The position numbers and the translations under genes are program-made. Shown piece after piece: positions 39,001-51,861 of a DNA stretch of 64,000 nucleotides. The notes under the pieces are model-generated. The model had not been told where the DNA came from. It saw nothing but the letters and a program-made list of their open reading frames with translations, and ran no database searches. Position 1 is the stretch's first letter; every line of letters starts with the position of its first letter. Origin of the DNA: Puccinia triticina (taxonomy: Eukaryota); contig CP110439.1 of assembly GCA_026914245.1 (NCBI GenBank), positions 1,860,001 to 1,924,000 of the forward strand. Reading direction: 5' to 3'.

Positions 39001-41849
39001 TTTGAACATCAATTCCAGCGGGCTGGTTTTTGTCTTCCCGAGATATGGCAGACAGTTGGTAGTGGCCGTCGCTGTTTGCACCGCCTCGGCCCACCATTCC
39101 GGAGCAAAGTTCGCCTGCATTAACAGGCATCGTGCCATGTCAATGATGGTGCGGTTTGCTCGCTCGGCCATCCCGTTGTTTTGAGGGGTGTATGCTGGAG
39201 CCACGTTGTGTTGAATGCCATCGGCCTTCAAGTATTTGCTCAATGTGCCATTGACGAATTCCCTGCCGCCGTCGGAGATTAGTTTCTTTAAGGTGGAACC
39301 AGTTTGTTTTTCGAAGAACGTCCGGAAGTCAATGATGGCTTGAGTGGCTTGGCTCTTCTCTTTTAATATGGCCGTGTGTATGTAACCAGAGAACTGATTG
39401 ACTAGGGTAATGAAGTACCTGGCTCCGCCGTTTGTTGGCGGAGAGATTGGACCAACAAGATCAGCGTGTACGACACTCAGAGGTGCATCAGCGGCCTTGA
39501 ATGAGCCTTTACATGGGAGGCGTGTCAATTTGCCTTGCATGCAGGCCTGGCAGGCGTGCGTCTTCTCCAGATTTATTTTGTCAGGAATCGCTTGCGCTAT
39601 ACGGCCGGAGCTAGCGTGGCCGAGCCGATTGTGCCACATTTGGAAAGCGGAGAGGTTGGCCGCGGGCGTGGTGGTAAGGCCTGTGGCTTGCTCTGAGGTG
39701 GAGGTAACCTCTGGAATTTCCAGAAGATCGTTTGCAACGTTAACTCTGAAGGGCTTTGCGTTGTCAATTTTCACCTCAAAGACTCCGTTCGCTTCATGTA
39801 TTGATGCTTTATGATGGAGGAGCTGCATCATGGATACTAGGTTCCTCGTTAGCTTTGGGACGTATAGAGCTTCGGTGAGGGTGAGGACTTGTCCTGAGGG
39901 AAGATGGAGCTTTGCGGTACCACGAGCGACTGCTGTTAGTTCGGACTTGCCGCTCCCCGTGACAATGGCAATATGTACCGGGGTGGTTGCAACGAAGTAG
40001 CTGAGAGAGTTGAGCATGTGGTTGCTCGCTCCGGAATCTAAGATTGTCGTTAATGGCGTACCGGGAGTCGTGGCGTTGTATGTAAACGAGGGCTTGGCTA
40101 TGTGAGTGTGGTAGGTTTCTTCTTCATCAGCCGTTGTGTGATATGACTCGCGCGGCTTCCTCCGGGGTCTTTCCTGTTCTACGAGGGGCTTGCCTGGTGG
40201 CCGAGAGGTTGGATGAATTGTCCAGCAGTCAGCCTCGACATGGGTGGTCGCTTTTGGATTATGCTTTCCGCCGAAGCAGCGAATCTTGGGCGGGTAGGTC
40301 TTTTTGGGTCGGTGGTTTGGTCCTGTGGCTAGAGCAGTGGATGATGGCTAAGGATCCTCTACAAACTTGCGCTTCGTTGCGGTTTTGTGACGACCGATAT
40401 CGCGGAGTTTAGCTATGATTTCTTTGGGCTTGGCCAGTGCTTTCAAGTCGGCGAAGAGCGCTTGCATGAGCATCAGTTGTTGTTTGGTGATCTTGCCGAT
40501 GATACCGCAACCAACTAGTACATCGGGAACTTTTAGGCCTAGTGAGCTGAATTCAGCCAAACTTTCCTCCATTTCAATTATATAGGAGTTCATGTCTTTG
40601 TTGTACTAGATGTCCAGCCACTTGTTCCAGACTTGGAACACGGACAATAAGGAATCTGATGCGTATATTGTTTTGATATCGGTCCAGATGGCGTGAGGGT
40701 CCTTTTCATTATCGTCGTTGATGACGCTAGTGAAGATTGCATTCGAGATTGCTTCACTTAAGATGCTACAGGTCCTTAGCGCCCCTTGAAGTTCGATTTT
40801 GTCTGGCTCTTTTGACATCGGCTCGTCAAGGTAGGATTCGAGACGTCTAGGGCGGAGATGCATCTTGATTTTCCTTTCCCATAATGGAAAGTTGGAGCCG
40901 TCAAACTTCGGAACATTCACATGATCTTTATCGGGACTGTATGCGTCGTTCACTTGGGCTGAGGAAGTTTTGTCTGCGTTATTGCTGGGACCTTGGTTCC
41001 TCGTGTTGGCCATCTCTGAATGCTTTCAGTTGCAAAGGTGGAATCGAGTGAATCCAAGACTGTAAATCTAAAAAGATAGGAGCAACTGAAAGATATGATT
41101 CCTTGTCAGATGCGCTAAATACATGATTTGTAATCAACAAAACATTCTAATTAAGTGAGCTTGCAATACCTGAAAGCAGACAGAGATCTGCCTAAGTTGT
41201 TTTAGAGAGAAGAGGGATTGAGTGAGACTAAAGATGTTGGTCTAGGGTTCGGATTGATAATGTCAGAATCTGCAGCGACATCTACATCAGTGTCTGTCTT
41301 GTTTCTTTTCTCTTCTTTGTCTGTTGCGGCTCACCGAGATAAAGCACGGCTATCGTAGTAGCTTCGTTTTATCTTGCCTCAATGGGCCTGCGGTTTCCTG
41401 TGCTACAGTTCAACCGGGTCTCTTAGCTTATCTGTCGCATGGCCTTGTCTGGCCTAATTGCGTGGCTTTGGTGCTTACAGGTTGCGTTGTCTTCCGTGAT
41501 TCTGGCAAGCAGTTTGTCTCGGGACTTTAGTCCTAGTCTTTCTGCGAGAGTCCTGTGGTTAAACACATCTAGGTCAGTCTTGGTTACAAGCCTTCCATTG
41601 TCTGATCTCTTTTACTCACAAGTTTCTTGGAGCTGCTGCTTTAAGTTCTACCAATGGCATTGCGGCTGATCGTCTGGCTTCTGCAATCGTGGTGATACAT
41701 TTTAGCTCTGCGTCTGGGTTAGGTCTGGACTGCGAAAGGGGCTTACCTTTCTTTGCAGCTGGGTCTGGGTCTAACCTTGCGAGCTTCCTCGGGGGTTGCT
41801 GCGGGTCTGGGTCTGAGTTTGGCTCTGGGCCTGATCCTGAATTCCTACA
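36021..41849 (-). mobile_element. Full-length Ty1/Copia LTR retrotransposon nested in the KDZ element
   Basis: 781-bp LTRs at 36021-36801 and 41069-41849; TSD TCCTA at 36016-36020 and 41850-41854; domain order gag-PR-IN-RT-RH. Confidence 0.97.
36568..41013 (-). pseudogene. Copia gag-pol polyprotein; gag disrupted, pol open from the protease to 36568
   Basis: Gag PKFDGSNFPLWERKI with a stop at 40606 and a later frame break. PR LDSGASNHM; GAG-pre-integrase WHNRLGH..CQAC; IN HADL/SDGGREF/NGMAER; RT QLDVRSAFL, AHFDD; RNase H YSDADW, AEY, ADFLTK. Confidence 0.93.
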
Positions 41850-42811
41850 TCCTAGTGCGCCGACGAACTCGAGCAGGTCACCGGCAATGATCGGACAGGA
41901 GTGGATGGGCCGGATGGAGAGTGTGTCTTAGCTTGGCTCGGCGGATGCTGTATGTGTTTAGGGTGTCAGTGTAGTGCGTGTGTGTTGTATCTTTTGTTGC
42001 TGACCTCGCTGGAATCCGATCTCGGCCGAGTGGAATGCTGCAAATGAGTCGGTCAAAATCTTTTGAGTGGCATCTCAGAGCTGAAGTCCCTTGTTGCCCT
42101 GGGTCATCAGCATCAACAAGGCAGGCCGGAGTTTTGAGCCGCAGCGGCTGTCACCAAAATAGCCCTAATGCTCACCATTCGCTTCGTCATGCCCACCCAA
42201 ACGTGGATTCCTCGTTAAAGGAAGCGACAAGGAATTCCCGTCAATTTTCTCGTGGGCTCCACCGCGATCCCAAAGGCGGCCATGGAATCCTCGTCATTCT
42301 TGACGTGGAAATCCCAGGCGGGTGGAGACAACGGGAAAGCCCGTCGTCTCCACGCATTTTCCACGGGAGGGTGGAGACGACGGGGGGAGCAGTGAAATCC
42401 ATGTGGATTTCACAGAGCCGGTGATCCCGTTGTCTCCACAAACGCGCGGGCCAGGAAGCACCCCCGCCGTGTAAACTAACAGGTGTCAGGTGTCATGTGA
42501 GGCCGGTTAGAGCGTGATGTTACTTTATCAGAGGTAGGGGCGTCCGGGGGGGACTAGGGGGGTACTCCTGAGGAATGACTTGAAAAAATTTTGGCCGCTT
42601 CGCGGCCAAATCAAGTCATTGGTTTCTAGGAATCATGAGAATTCCAAGAATTTTATTTTTGGCGGGGTAGGGTCGGTATGGGGGTGCTTGTGGCTCCTTG
42701 TATGCATGTCTATAGTATGGGGTATGCAGGGTGACACAGGTGAAATCATACTGTAGATTATCAATGTCCAAGTCTGAATTATGAAGTACATTATAAAGTA
42801 CAGAATGGCAA

Positions 42812-44180
42812 TCAATGTTCATGTGATATCAATCTTTTGACCTGATGGACAAAGTTATTAAACCCGGGATCCATTACAATTTCGCGGATATACTCCATCA
42901 AAGTTTCATCTGATAAGTTATTCAATTCCTCAGGAATTAAGGGATGATGGCTTTCTAATGCAGGTATCGCAGGTGAGCTTGTCGTCTGATTATCTGGATG
43001 CAAGGCTTGTGATGGGGCGGGGTGTGATTCAGCTCTGGCTGTCGATTCCAAGAGCTCTGCCTGGCTTCCCAAGCCTTGTAGATTCGTGGTGTTTGGAGCG
43101 GCTTCGATTGATTGCTGAGAAGAATGGCCAAGAGCTGGGGGATTTGTGCTGATCGGAAGTTGGTGGACGTTTTTCTTAGAGATCTGCGAGGATTCTGAGA
43201 GCTGAGTTTGATTGCAGAAGTCTTGTGAACCGATGTTGTTTGTATTAATCTCGAGTAGTGACGGCTGGGAAGAGGAAAAGTGACCGAAACCGGGAGAGTT
43301 CGAGCTGACGGGCAGCTGCGAGCCACTGTTCCTAGAAGATTGCGAGTTCTGGATGCCGCTACTGATTTTGCAAGGACAAATGGCTTCGATCAGTGCAATA
43401 AATCTGAGCGAATCAGCGGGTGTTTGAAGTTTAATTTGAAGACGATTGAAGTTGAACTGTAGATACAGGAGAGCGAAAGGGAATCGTCCGCTTCACGGTC
43501 AGTCTTTTACTTGGCAAGTGTTACAGATGCCAACTTATGTGCTTACTGAGTTATCCAAAAACCCGGTAGCGTAACGGAGTCCAACCACACAATCCTTACA
43601 ATTTGCTTTCAGCGGGCTTTCTTCTACTTGTCTCGCGTGGCCAAAGGTTTCTTGTACTTGAGTCAGATTGACTTTTTCCTATGAGCACATGCGCAAAATT
43701 TCAGCACAAGTGTTAAGACTGTATATGTAAGGGTTTGAATACTTCAAATACGATTTACTGACCAGTAAGAAAACCCCGGGCCGGTCCGTCGAACCAGCAG
43801 CGTCCAAGTTTCCCTTGTGCGATGAGGGATTGTTATCCCATATGATTTTTAGGATGATTTGTTGATGACGCGTTCCGATTCGGTTGTTCTCCTGTGAATC
43901 AACATGAACCGTTTCGACGACCAGAGACAATCCGGTCTGTGAGCTTCAAACATGGGTTGAAAAAGTCAGTAGGTTCCATGTGACGGGTGATAGCACATCG
44001 GAAAAGAAAAACCTACAAATGACTCCATTCAGCCGGAGTGGTGGTCCGGGAGGCTGGCGACGTAGACGGCTGGCCTTGGCAGGATAGATCGGAGCGGGGA
44101 ATAGACCTGGAATATTTTGCAAGCCGGAAAACGGCGGTTTCAGACCAATTGCGATGGTCAACTGAGTCTCCAGCGGGCAT
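42812..44180 (-). CDS. REC114: REC114/Rec7-like meiotic double-strand-break protein (4 exons)
   Basis: ATG at 44180. Spliced motifs FRLAKYSRS...EWSH, ILKIIWD, EKVNL, DCVVGLRY, RLQIKL...FIALIEAICPC and C-terminal LSDETLMEYIREIVMDPGFNNFVHQVKRLI resemble the Rec114 PH-domain and C-terminal signatures. Confidence 0.72.
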
Positions 44181-45330
44181 ATTTTGTGAGATAACTACTG
44201 TGCGAAAAAGAGGGCCGGGATGAGATGGTCAAGAAGGAAAAAACCGCTGCTCAAGTCCAAGGGTGCTCATGCCGGTGGTCTCCCCGGTGGGCGTGATGGG
44301 CTGTCACTTGCAAGTTGCCAGCCATGGGGCGATCGTCGACGTGATCTTACTCAGCCCGGTGCTGACATTCATGATGTCATCGATCAAGGGTGGCGCATTC
44401 AGCCGGGACTCGGGCCTGACTCGGGCTGACTCGGGTGCTTGCTTTCACGATGCTCGCACTCGTTTGTAAGTTTCAGGCGCACTGCCCTTGGCCATGCCCC
44501 CCTTGCAAAATCCACCGATCTCATAGAGTTTTGCAGCTTTTTCCCCTTCGAACTCTGATGGCGCCATTCCGGAACTTGCGGCCGAGGCCATCTGCAACGC
44601 CCACTCACTCTCACTAGTCTCCGGACAAGGCGGCCAACGGTTGAGTGTTTTTGTTTCGCTTTCCTTTCCCTCCTGACCACTACTCAAGCCTGTGGGTCAT
44701 CCGGCTCAATTACCTAAATCCAAAAACCCATTGTTGTAGATAATCACCCTGGATGGGTTGATTTCATTTACTATTAAAACTATAAACATTGGTTTAAATA
44801 TACAATTAGAATTATGTAAAGTAAAATGAGCAGAAAAACTGGCCGGAGCAGAAGCAGTGCAGAACCAAAAATACAAAGCTCCTGACTCAGAAGGATGGAT
44901 GCTTGGATATAGATTTTGAGAGGTTTCGAGGCAAGGACAGCCACCTTGAGATGCGTCAAAGAAGATAATATTTGGCCATATGACACCCACCTGGACTTAT
45001 GGGAACCGTGAAGTTTTTTGAGAACTGCGCAGAAAAGGTCTGGTAGACTGGTGTCCAATGGACGCTTCCTGCACCGCAAGAGCTGAAAGGCATGTTGTCC
45101 ATACAGACGGCCGGCGGGGTTCTAGCTCTTGCTTGACTCTGCTACTGCATGTGTCCCCCTTCCTTTTGTTGGGTTTCTGGGATGCTAGTACTGACTATTT
45201 CAAGTACAATCTGCAAGGCTGAAGTGAGACTTGATATCGAATATATAAATCATACAAACAGATCTACTTCAGGTTGAGAGAAAAAACAAAACTATGTATC
45301 TACGACAGCTATGAGATGAGATATAAGAAT

Positions 45331-46939
45331 TTAGCAAGGCTTCCATCGGCCACAGTTCCGCCTTTCTCGATCGGTTGAAGTCGTAGGCGCATCGGAACGA
45401 GACCTCAGGCTGGTTGTAGGTGAGTTCGTATTTGCTTGACTTGAAGAATCCAGCGCCACAGAGCCAGATACTGAGTCGACTTGCTTAGGAGTAGAATGGC
45501 GGGGTTTATATACAAGCACTAGCACTGCAGCAAAAACAAGGAGAACTAGTAAAAATATTATGCGACATTTTCCCGACCGTTTCTGATACCTGGGAAAATT
45601 CGAGAACACGAGATTTAGTGCAAATAGACGCAAGGAGGAAGCTATATGGAGTCGCCTACTCTGTAGCTGTTTTGAGCTCCTGAGCTGCACCCCGGATATC
45701 GGTGCTCATTTGCTCGACGTTATAATCAATGCGATCAAGTAAGGTGCCCTGATCAAGGACCAGGTTCCCGAGGTCTTTGAACATATCCGCAAGGTCAGAA
45801 ATCGACTTAGCGATTCCATCAATCTCCTTGGCTCTTTGTTCGACGTCTTGATTTACTCCATGGTGGACGGATTGGCGTGAGTGAAGCTGTTGCTGCTGTT
45901 GGCCAGAGTCATTCCCTTGAATGAAGCCGTTTTGGAGAGAAGATGACTGCTCGGTATCATCTTCAATTGCAAAAAGTCCGTTATTCTCATGTTGTGCCGG
46001 TTTCTCGTATCCTTTGAGCTCTAATAGCGCAATTACAATTCAGGAAGTGTCGGATAATCATGAGGTCAGTGAAGAAAACGTAATCGCAGACTTGAAGGCA
46101 GATGTTATAGGCGACCGACGTTGGAGATAAACTCGCTGCCGCTTTTGAAACAAAGAGCTGAGGGTTTGCACCTTGGTTGCAGCAGCGATTTGAGCGTTTT
46201 TGACGACCGTCACGTCTCGGGTGGTGTACTTTGACTGGCCAGTCTGTGACTTCTGAGTTCTGGAACGATTGATAATGTATGCCTCGATGTCTTGGCCACA
46301 GTCTGCGATTTTTCTTATGAGTAGTTGGCATTTTCGGAAACCCTTGAGCGATCAAAAAAAGATATGAGTATCCATGCCATCCCGGGCAGTTGGATGTTGC
46401 CGACTGCTAGAGACCATACCTGGGTGATTTCAGTAGTCAGCTCTTCGATCTGACGTTCTTCAAATGATCGATCCGTGAAACCCGGAAGGACATGCTTTGC
46501 GGTCAACTTGTCGAGCTGGACCACTACGACATTATCAATTACCTCACTCAATCTAGCCGGGAAACGTCAAACATAGCAGCTTCTCACTTTTCGGCCTAAT
46601 CTGGTCTACAAGCTCCTCAACTTCTTCGACGAAATCAACCCTACATCAGAAACACACGGTGTTGTCAATATTAGTACTAGGAGGCCAGGTAGAATTAACG
46701 AGAAGCTTTTACCATCGAGGTGGCAGAGCACTCGAGTCTTCTATATCTATAGCTGTTGTGTCATCTTCGTTATGCAAGAGAGCCTCTTGTTCAACATCAT
46801 CTGTTTGCCGCTGTTTACCCTTAGATCGAGAAAGTCGTGGTGGATAGACTGAGGAAGACCGAGTATCACGAAAAGATAAGAAGAGAAGGGTCCTCGAGCG
46901 AGTCAGAACTTGGGAGTGGGCGAGGTTGACGGTTGCCAT
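45331..46939 (-). CDS. TLG2: Qa-SNARE syntaxin Tlg2/syntaxin-16 (multi-exon)
   Basis: N-peptide TRSRTLLFLSFRD, LPPRW-VD, KHVLPGFTDRS, SNARE motif IAKSISDLADMFKDLGNLVLDQGTLLDRIDYNVE and TM segment IIFLLVLLVFAAVLVLVY. Confidence 0.93.
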
Positions 46940-47817
46940 CGGGACGATTCAGTCGGGGCTGGTTCACTAGCGTCATCAATCGGAATCGATGGTCTCAAGT
47001 GGGTGGACAGGACAGTGGTGGTGTTGTGGAGCGGGGTGGCCAACTGAACCGGCCGCCGGCGGCCGCTTGCCTGATTTCGTCATCACTCGATCGGGGGCAG
47101 CGGTTGACAAGCTACAACATCTTGGGTTTTTCGACATCAACATCTCTTTTTCTTTCATTAGGAATCCTCATCACAAATCACCTTTTCTTGTTTACATTGC
47201 GTTGTCCACTTTGAGTTGTTCAAAGTGCTTGTTGATCATCATGGATGAAAGGAGGACAACAGCCCTCCCACTACAAGAAAAACTCTGCCAGCAGTTGACA
47301 TGCAGAAACTCAAAAGAAGCTTGAGGGGATACTCAAGCCTTTTGTGACAGTATAGCAACGTCTACCCATCAGACAGAAGGCAAGCTTAAGACAACCTCTC
47401 GGGGGCTCTGGAGGAGAGCCCTGCAGGGTCTCTGTCTCCAGAGAGGCTTGCCCCCCAAGCGGCAAATTCTGGTGTGGAAGCTGACAAGCCTGGGGCCCAG
47501 CCAACCCTTATTTTCCCTTAGATTCATTGTTACACATCTTTTTTTGGCCAAAAAGGGACATGGGTGGCACAGCAATGTACATCCATCATCAATCCATCCC
47601 TCCATAGCACCACTAGACATCCTTTCAAAAACTCTGCTGAGCTTGCTCCAGCAGATGGAGGTTTTTTTACCACTGTATCCTTTTTGTTTAAATTATGAAT
47701 ACCACCTGTGATACATTCAACTTTTCATTAATTGTACAAAGCCATGTACTTAAGAGTAGCAAATGCAGCTCTCATGCATTGGCCACAGATGCACAATTGT
47801 ATGATAGATCCTAGAAT

Positions 47818-48217
47818 TAAGGCTGGCACCCAAAAAGTACCACCCGGGTGCAGGTGGTTGGGATGAGGCCAACACCCCGCCCAAACATCCGGGTGGTTTG
47901 GCAGTACATGATGGGCGGGCTTGAGCCCTGGGAAGGTCCAATGAACGGGCCTGGGAGGCCAATTGGACGGGCTTGGGAGGCTGCTTGACAGCCTCAGAAG
48001 GTTAATTAAGGTTTTATTGATATCATTTCCCTGATGGGGCAAGCACATTCCCACTATGGGTGATCTGGATGGTGTCACAGACAGAAAAAATGAAGATTTC
48101 CACAGTAAAAAAAATAATTGTGACCACCCGGGTGGACCCCGTTCCACCTGGGTGGTTTCGGATCTGGGGTTTGGGACAAGGCTGACCCCCCGCCCAAACA
48201 CCCGGGTGGCAGCCTTA
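47818..48217. mobile_element. hAT-type MITE
   Basis: TIR TAAGGCTG(G/C)CACCC; 8-bp TSD CCTAGAAT. Confidence 0.85.
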
Positions 48218-48410
48218 CCTAGAATCAGGAATGCATCATTTTACATTGCTTGTAGGTTCAAAACCATGAAAGTTAATTATAATTGGCCTATGTAGGTTTG
48301 AAGGCCAGATGCAGGGCTTCAATTCTGGGCTGCCCATTTTGCTCACATGATGCTATGGTGGTGTGGTGTTGAAGTTTGATACCAGCCAAATGAGTTGAGG
48401 TAGTCCTCAG

Positions 48411-49825
48411 TAGAGATGGCCAGTGGGTACCCGGCACCCAGCACCCGCCACTGCCCTTTGAGTACCTGTCCGCAGGTGCCATGTACAGGTCCGGGTATGC
48501 AATTTGGGCTGGAAAATCACCAGGTACCCGCCATTGTCAGCCGCAGTTGTGCACTGCCATCAAGTGGGGTACACACCTGCTTGATGTCTGGTCAACAAGC
48601 GGAGTACACACCCCGCTTGTTGACTGGACATCAAGCGGGATACACATCTCACTTGGTGGCCGGTGCACTCCATGACCAGCCATCAAGTGGGATGCGCACT
48701 TGATGACCATTGCCTGGTCACCAAGTACACACTCCACTTGATGAACGGTCATCAAGTGGGGTACACACCCTTGATGAACCAAGAGGGGTACACACCCTCG
48801 ATGAACCAAGAGGGGTACACACCCTTGATCAACCAAGAGGGGTACACACCCTCGATGAACCGAGAGGGGTACACACCCTTGATGAACCAAGAGGGGTACA
48901 CACCCTTGATGAACCGGGAGGGGTACACACCCTTGATGAACCAAGAGGGGTACACACCCTGGATGACCAGCCATTGTTGAGCAGAGTACACACCCCCACA
49001 TCCCACGTGATGACCAGAAATTGAGTGGGGTGATCACCATGGCCACTGAGAGGGGTGTGTACTCCGCTTGATGACCGGCCTACACCCCCACTCAGTGGCT
49101 GGTCATTGGGTTGAGTGCACATCTCACTTGATGGCTGGTCATCAAGTGGGATCTTTACCCCACTCAATGTGCGTTCATCAAGAGGGGTGCGTACTGTGCT
49201 CAATGACCGGCCATTGAGAGGGGTGCATACATACACATACCCCACTCAATCAACACTGGGTCAACGCGATTTGATACAATATTCTGGGTTTTTTCATATT
49301 TCATATTGTAACGTCACCGCATTACCTTTTTTGCCATTACTGTTAACGGTAACAGTTTTTTTTGCGCCTTGCGCATATCAAAACGAGTCAATGTTTGTGA
49401 GATCATTACCGGTATGGTAACGCAAATAACACAATAACGGTGTTTTTCCAGCTAAAAAAGGCTAAAAAAGCCAAAAAAAAAAAAACACAATACCACCACA
49501 ACATTGACATTATATCAGCAGCAATATTGTAACGGCGGCAAATAGAATTAATAATCTAAAACTACTATGGGTAACACACTGCCGTTACTGGTAACGGTAA
49601 CGGTAACACGCCAAAAATTGATGTGATATTGTTACATTACCGTTACTGGTATCATATCAACCCAGTCTTGACTCAATCAGTCACTTGCAAAACAGTGGCG
49701 GTACCCACGGTACCCGCCTCAAGTACCGCCGGTACCGTGTCCAGGTCCAGGTGTCCAAAATTGGAGAAATTCCTAGCAAGTACCCGCACTTGTCGCGGGT
49801 ACCCGGACCCGTTTGGCCATCTCTA
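48411..49825. mobile_element. hAT-type non-autonomous element with 27-bp tandem array and nested MITE
   Basis: TIR TAGAGATGGCCA; 8-bp TSD GTCCTCAG; array TGATGAACCAAGAGGGGTACACACCCT at ~48750-48965. Confidence 0.88.
49251..49670. mobile_element. MITE with 7-bp TSD
   Basis: CAACACTGGGT...ACCCAGTCTTG; ACTCAAT on both flanks. Confidence 0.82.
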
Positions 49826-51484
49826 GTCCTCAGCGCTCACACCAAATATCCCTGCTTACTCCCAAGTCCCTCCTTTGGAGGCTTACGCTTTGCGTAAGAG
49901 GCACCAGCCTGCCAACTCACAAGGGATTACTGACTAAGTAATTTGGGCAGAAGGGGTTCACCAACCAACCAATGCAAGGGGGGGACTCAGGAAATTGTGT
50001 ATACACCAAGCTTAGGGTTTCTTTTTATTGCAGTTAGACAGTCCATACTAGAGCTTTTATTTAACTTTCTATTTTCTTTACCCACTTGTATATTTGCCTC
50101 AATCCTCATCTGAATAGGCAATTATAGCTCCTTTTTTTCCCTGACTCCCAAGATCTCCACTTGTGCCCACTGTGGTCCACAGGCATTTCATAGGTAATGA
50201 GCCTAGCCTACTAAGAGCATCAAATCAGGTAGTATATTTGTTTAACACAGAATAAGAATTCTTTGAAGATAACATCACCATTGTGGTGGGAAATCAAGAT
50301 CATAAGCTCCCCTTATTGGCCAATTCCCCTTGACTCACAACCCCAATATTGGATTTAACCCAGCCCTAGAGCATCAAGATCAAGAGAAGTCTTCTGAGTT
50401 GCATGCTGAAATAACCATTCAAGCAGCTCACAATCCTACTCTTGTTGAAAATCCTCCCACCCAAATATCCTCCATCTTCTAGTCCATCATGACCAAAACC
50501 AACAATCCCAACTCAATTAAGCTGTGTACAATCCTCTCAACAACAGCAGCTTTTCTACCTGGCATCTTAAAATGATTGACTCCCTTGCAGGTTGTTGGAT
50601 GATTATATATTTGAGGAGTAAAAGGAGTGTCAAAAAACCACAACTGCAAGAAAAATAAGAATTTGGTCACCACATTCATTTGCTTGTGTGAGCCTGTGTC
50701 TTTAAAGTGACAACAGGACACAAGGAAAAAATGGGAGGGGGGGGGGGGGGGGGGGCTACCAGCTGTGCTAATGAGAAGTGCAACTGCCTCTCCACACACT
50801 AAGGAAACAGTGGAAGTAATCAGAAATAGTAGAACTATTCTGCTCTAGTTTTTAGACTGATTATAGGCTCAACAAGAACTTGATAATCTTTGGATGGTTG
50901 AAGCTGGGAGAGAAACAGGGAGATAGCATTCACAAGAAACAGAGTTCACTCTGAGATAAACAAGGTCAGTGAAATGTTGAGCTAGTTCACGTTGTATCTC
51001 TTTCTTCTATTCCATTTCCGCTTCCGCGTCCGTATGCCACACACATGTCACACTGTTGTGAGCTAAATTCCACATATTCTCATGTACACCTGAGACAGCA
51101 GGTGTGAAAGAGCCTTTTCCTCATCCTTCCACACCCATCACGCACTCAACCCAACTTGTTCCCGCTGTCATCAGGTACTCATTTTCCTTTCTTTGTTTGT
51201 TGATTTTTCTCACACTTGCCATCCAAATCCTTCCACACCCATTGCGCACTCGACCCACCTTGTGCCCGCTGTCATCAGCCCCTGTCACGCTCATCATGAA
51301 AGAGGGTACTTGCTTTCAATATCCTGCGGTGATACTGGGAGGGTTTGTATTGATTGGCATGATGACTAACCTGTGCAATACAGTCCTGCAGCATTCAGCT
51401 CTCCATGGGTTGATCCAATACTCCTATCTTGGTGAGGAAGGAGAGAAGGAGCTTGGCCAAGGAGAGCTGGGATTATACTGGCTT

Positions 51485-51861
51485 CAGGGTGTAAATGTGT
51501 TGGGCCAACCCAAAACCAACCCAAGACCTATTGGGTTTGGGCAAATTCTTAAAGAAAATGACAGGACCCAAACCCAACCCAACCCAACTTTGTAAAATTT
51601 TCAGGTTTGGTTTGGGCAGCCTATTTTCTAATCAGGTCAGCCTGCAACCCAACTAAGACGCCTCCAACGTCAGTCAAGTTGGGGTTTTTTGGAGCCTAAA
51701 AGGTTGGGTTGACCCAACACCCAAACCAACCCAACCCAAAATAGTATGATGTTGGGTTGGGTTCAGGCAGCATATTTTAAAATCTGCCCCAACCCGTGCT
51801 GAATGTCTGGTTGGGTTTGGGCGCTTTTTTTTCAACCCAAACCCAACCCGTTTACACCCTG
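51485..51861. mobile_element. MITE with CAGGGTGTAAA TIRs and AACCC/GGGTT subterminal repeats
   Basis: CAGGGTGTAAA...TTTACACCCTG; ACTGGCT occurs near both flanks, but the TSD register is uncertain. Confidence 0.75.

Larger units (their letters stand above)
25290..42742 (-). mobile_element. Complete KDZ (Kyakuja/Dileera/Zisupton) DNA transposon
   Basis: ~210-bp TIRs at 25290-25499 and 42536-42742 (CACCTGTGTCACCC...GGGTGACACAGGTG). 8-bp TSD AAATCATA at 25282-25289 and 42743-42750. Internal CxC1-KDZ transposase. Confidence 0.93.

Noticed and set aside
45331..45510. Long luminal tail after the Tlg2 transmembrane segment
   Set aside because: Fungal Tlg2 proteins, including yeast, are known to have luminal extensions.
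48537..49046. Repetitive ORFs (LDEPRGVHT, NQEGYTPLM) as RiPP or KEX2-type precursor peptides for the prolyl oligopeptidase
   Set aside because: They arise from a 27-bp array inside a hAT element, are open in several frames on both strands, and lack a signal peptide or dibasic sites.
50726..50755. Poly-G run as a G-quadruplex element
   Set aside because: Simple homopolymer in decayed repeat sequence with no supporting context.
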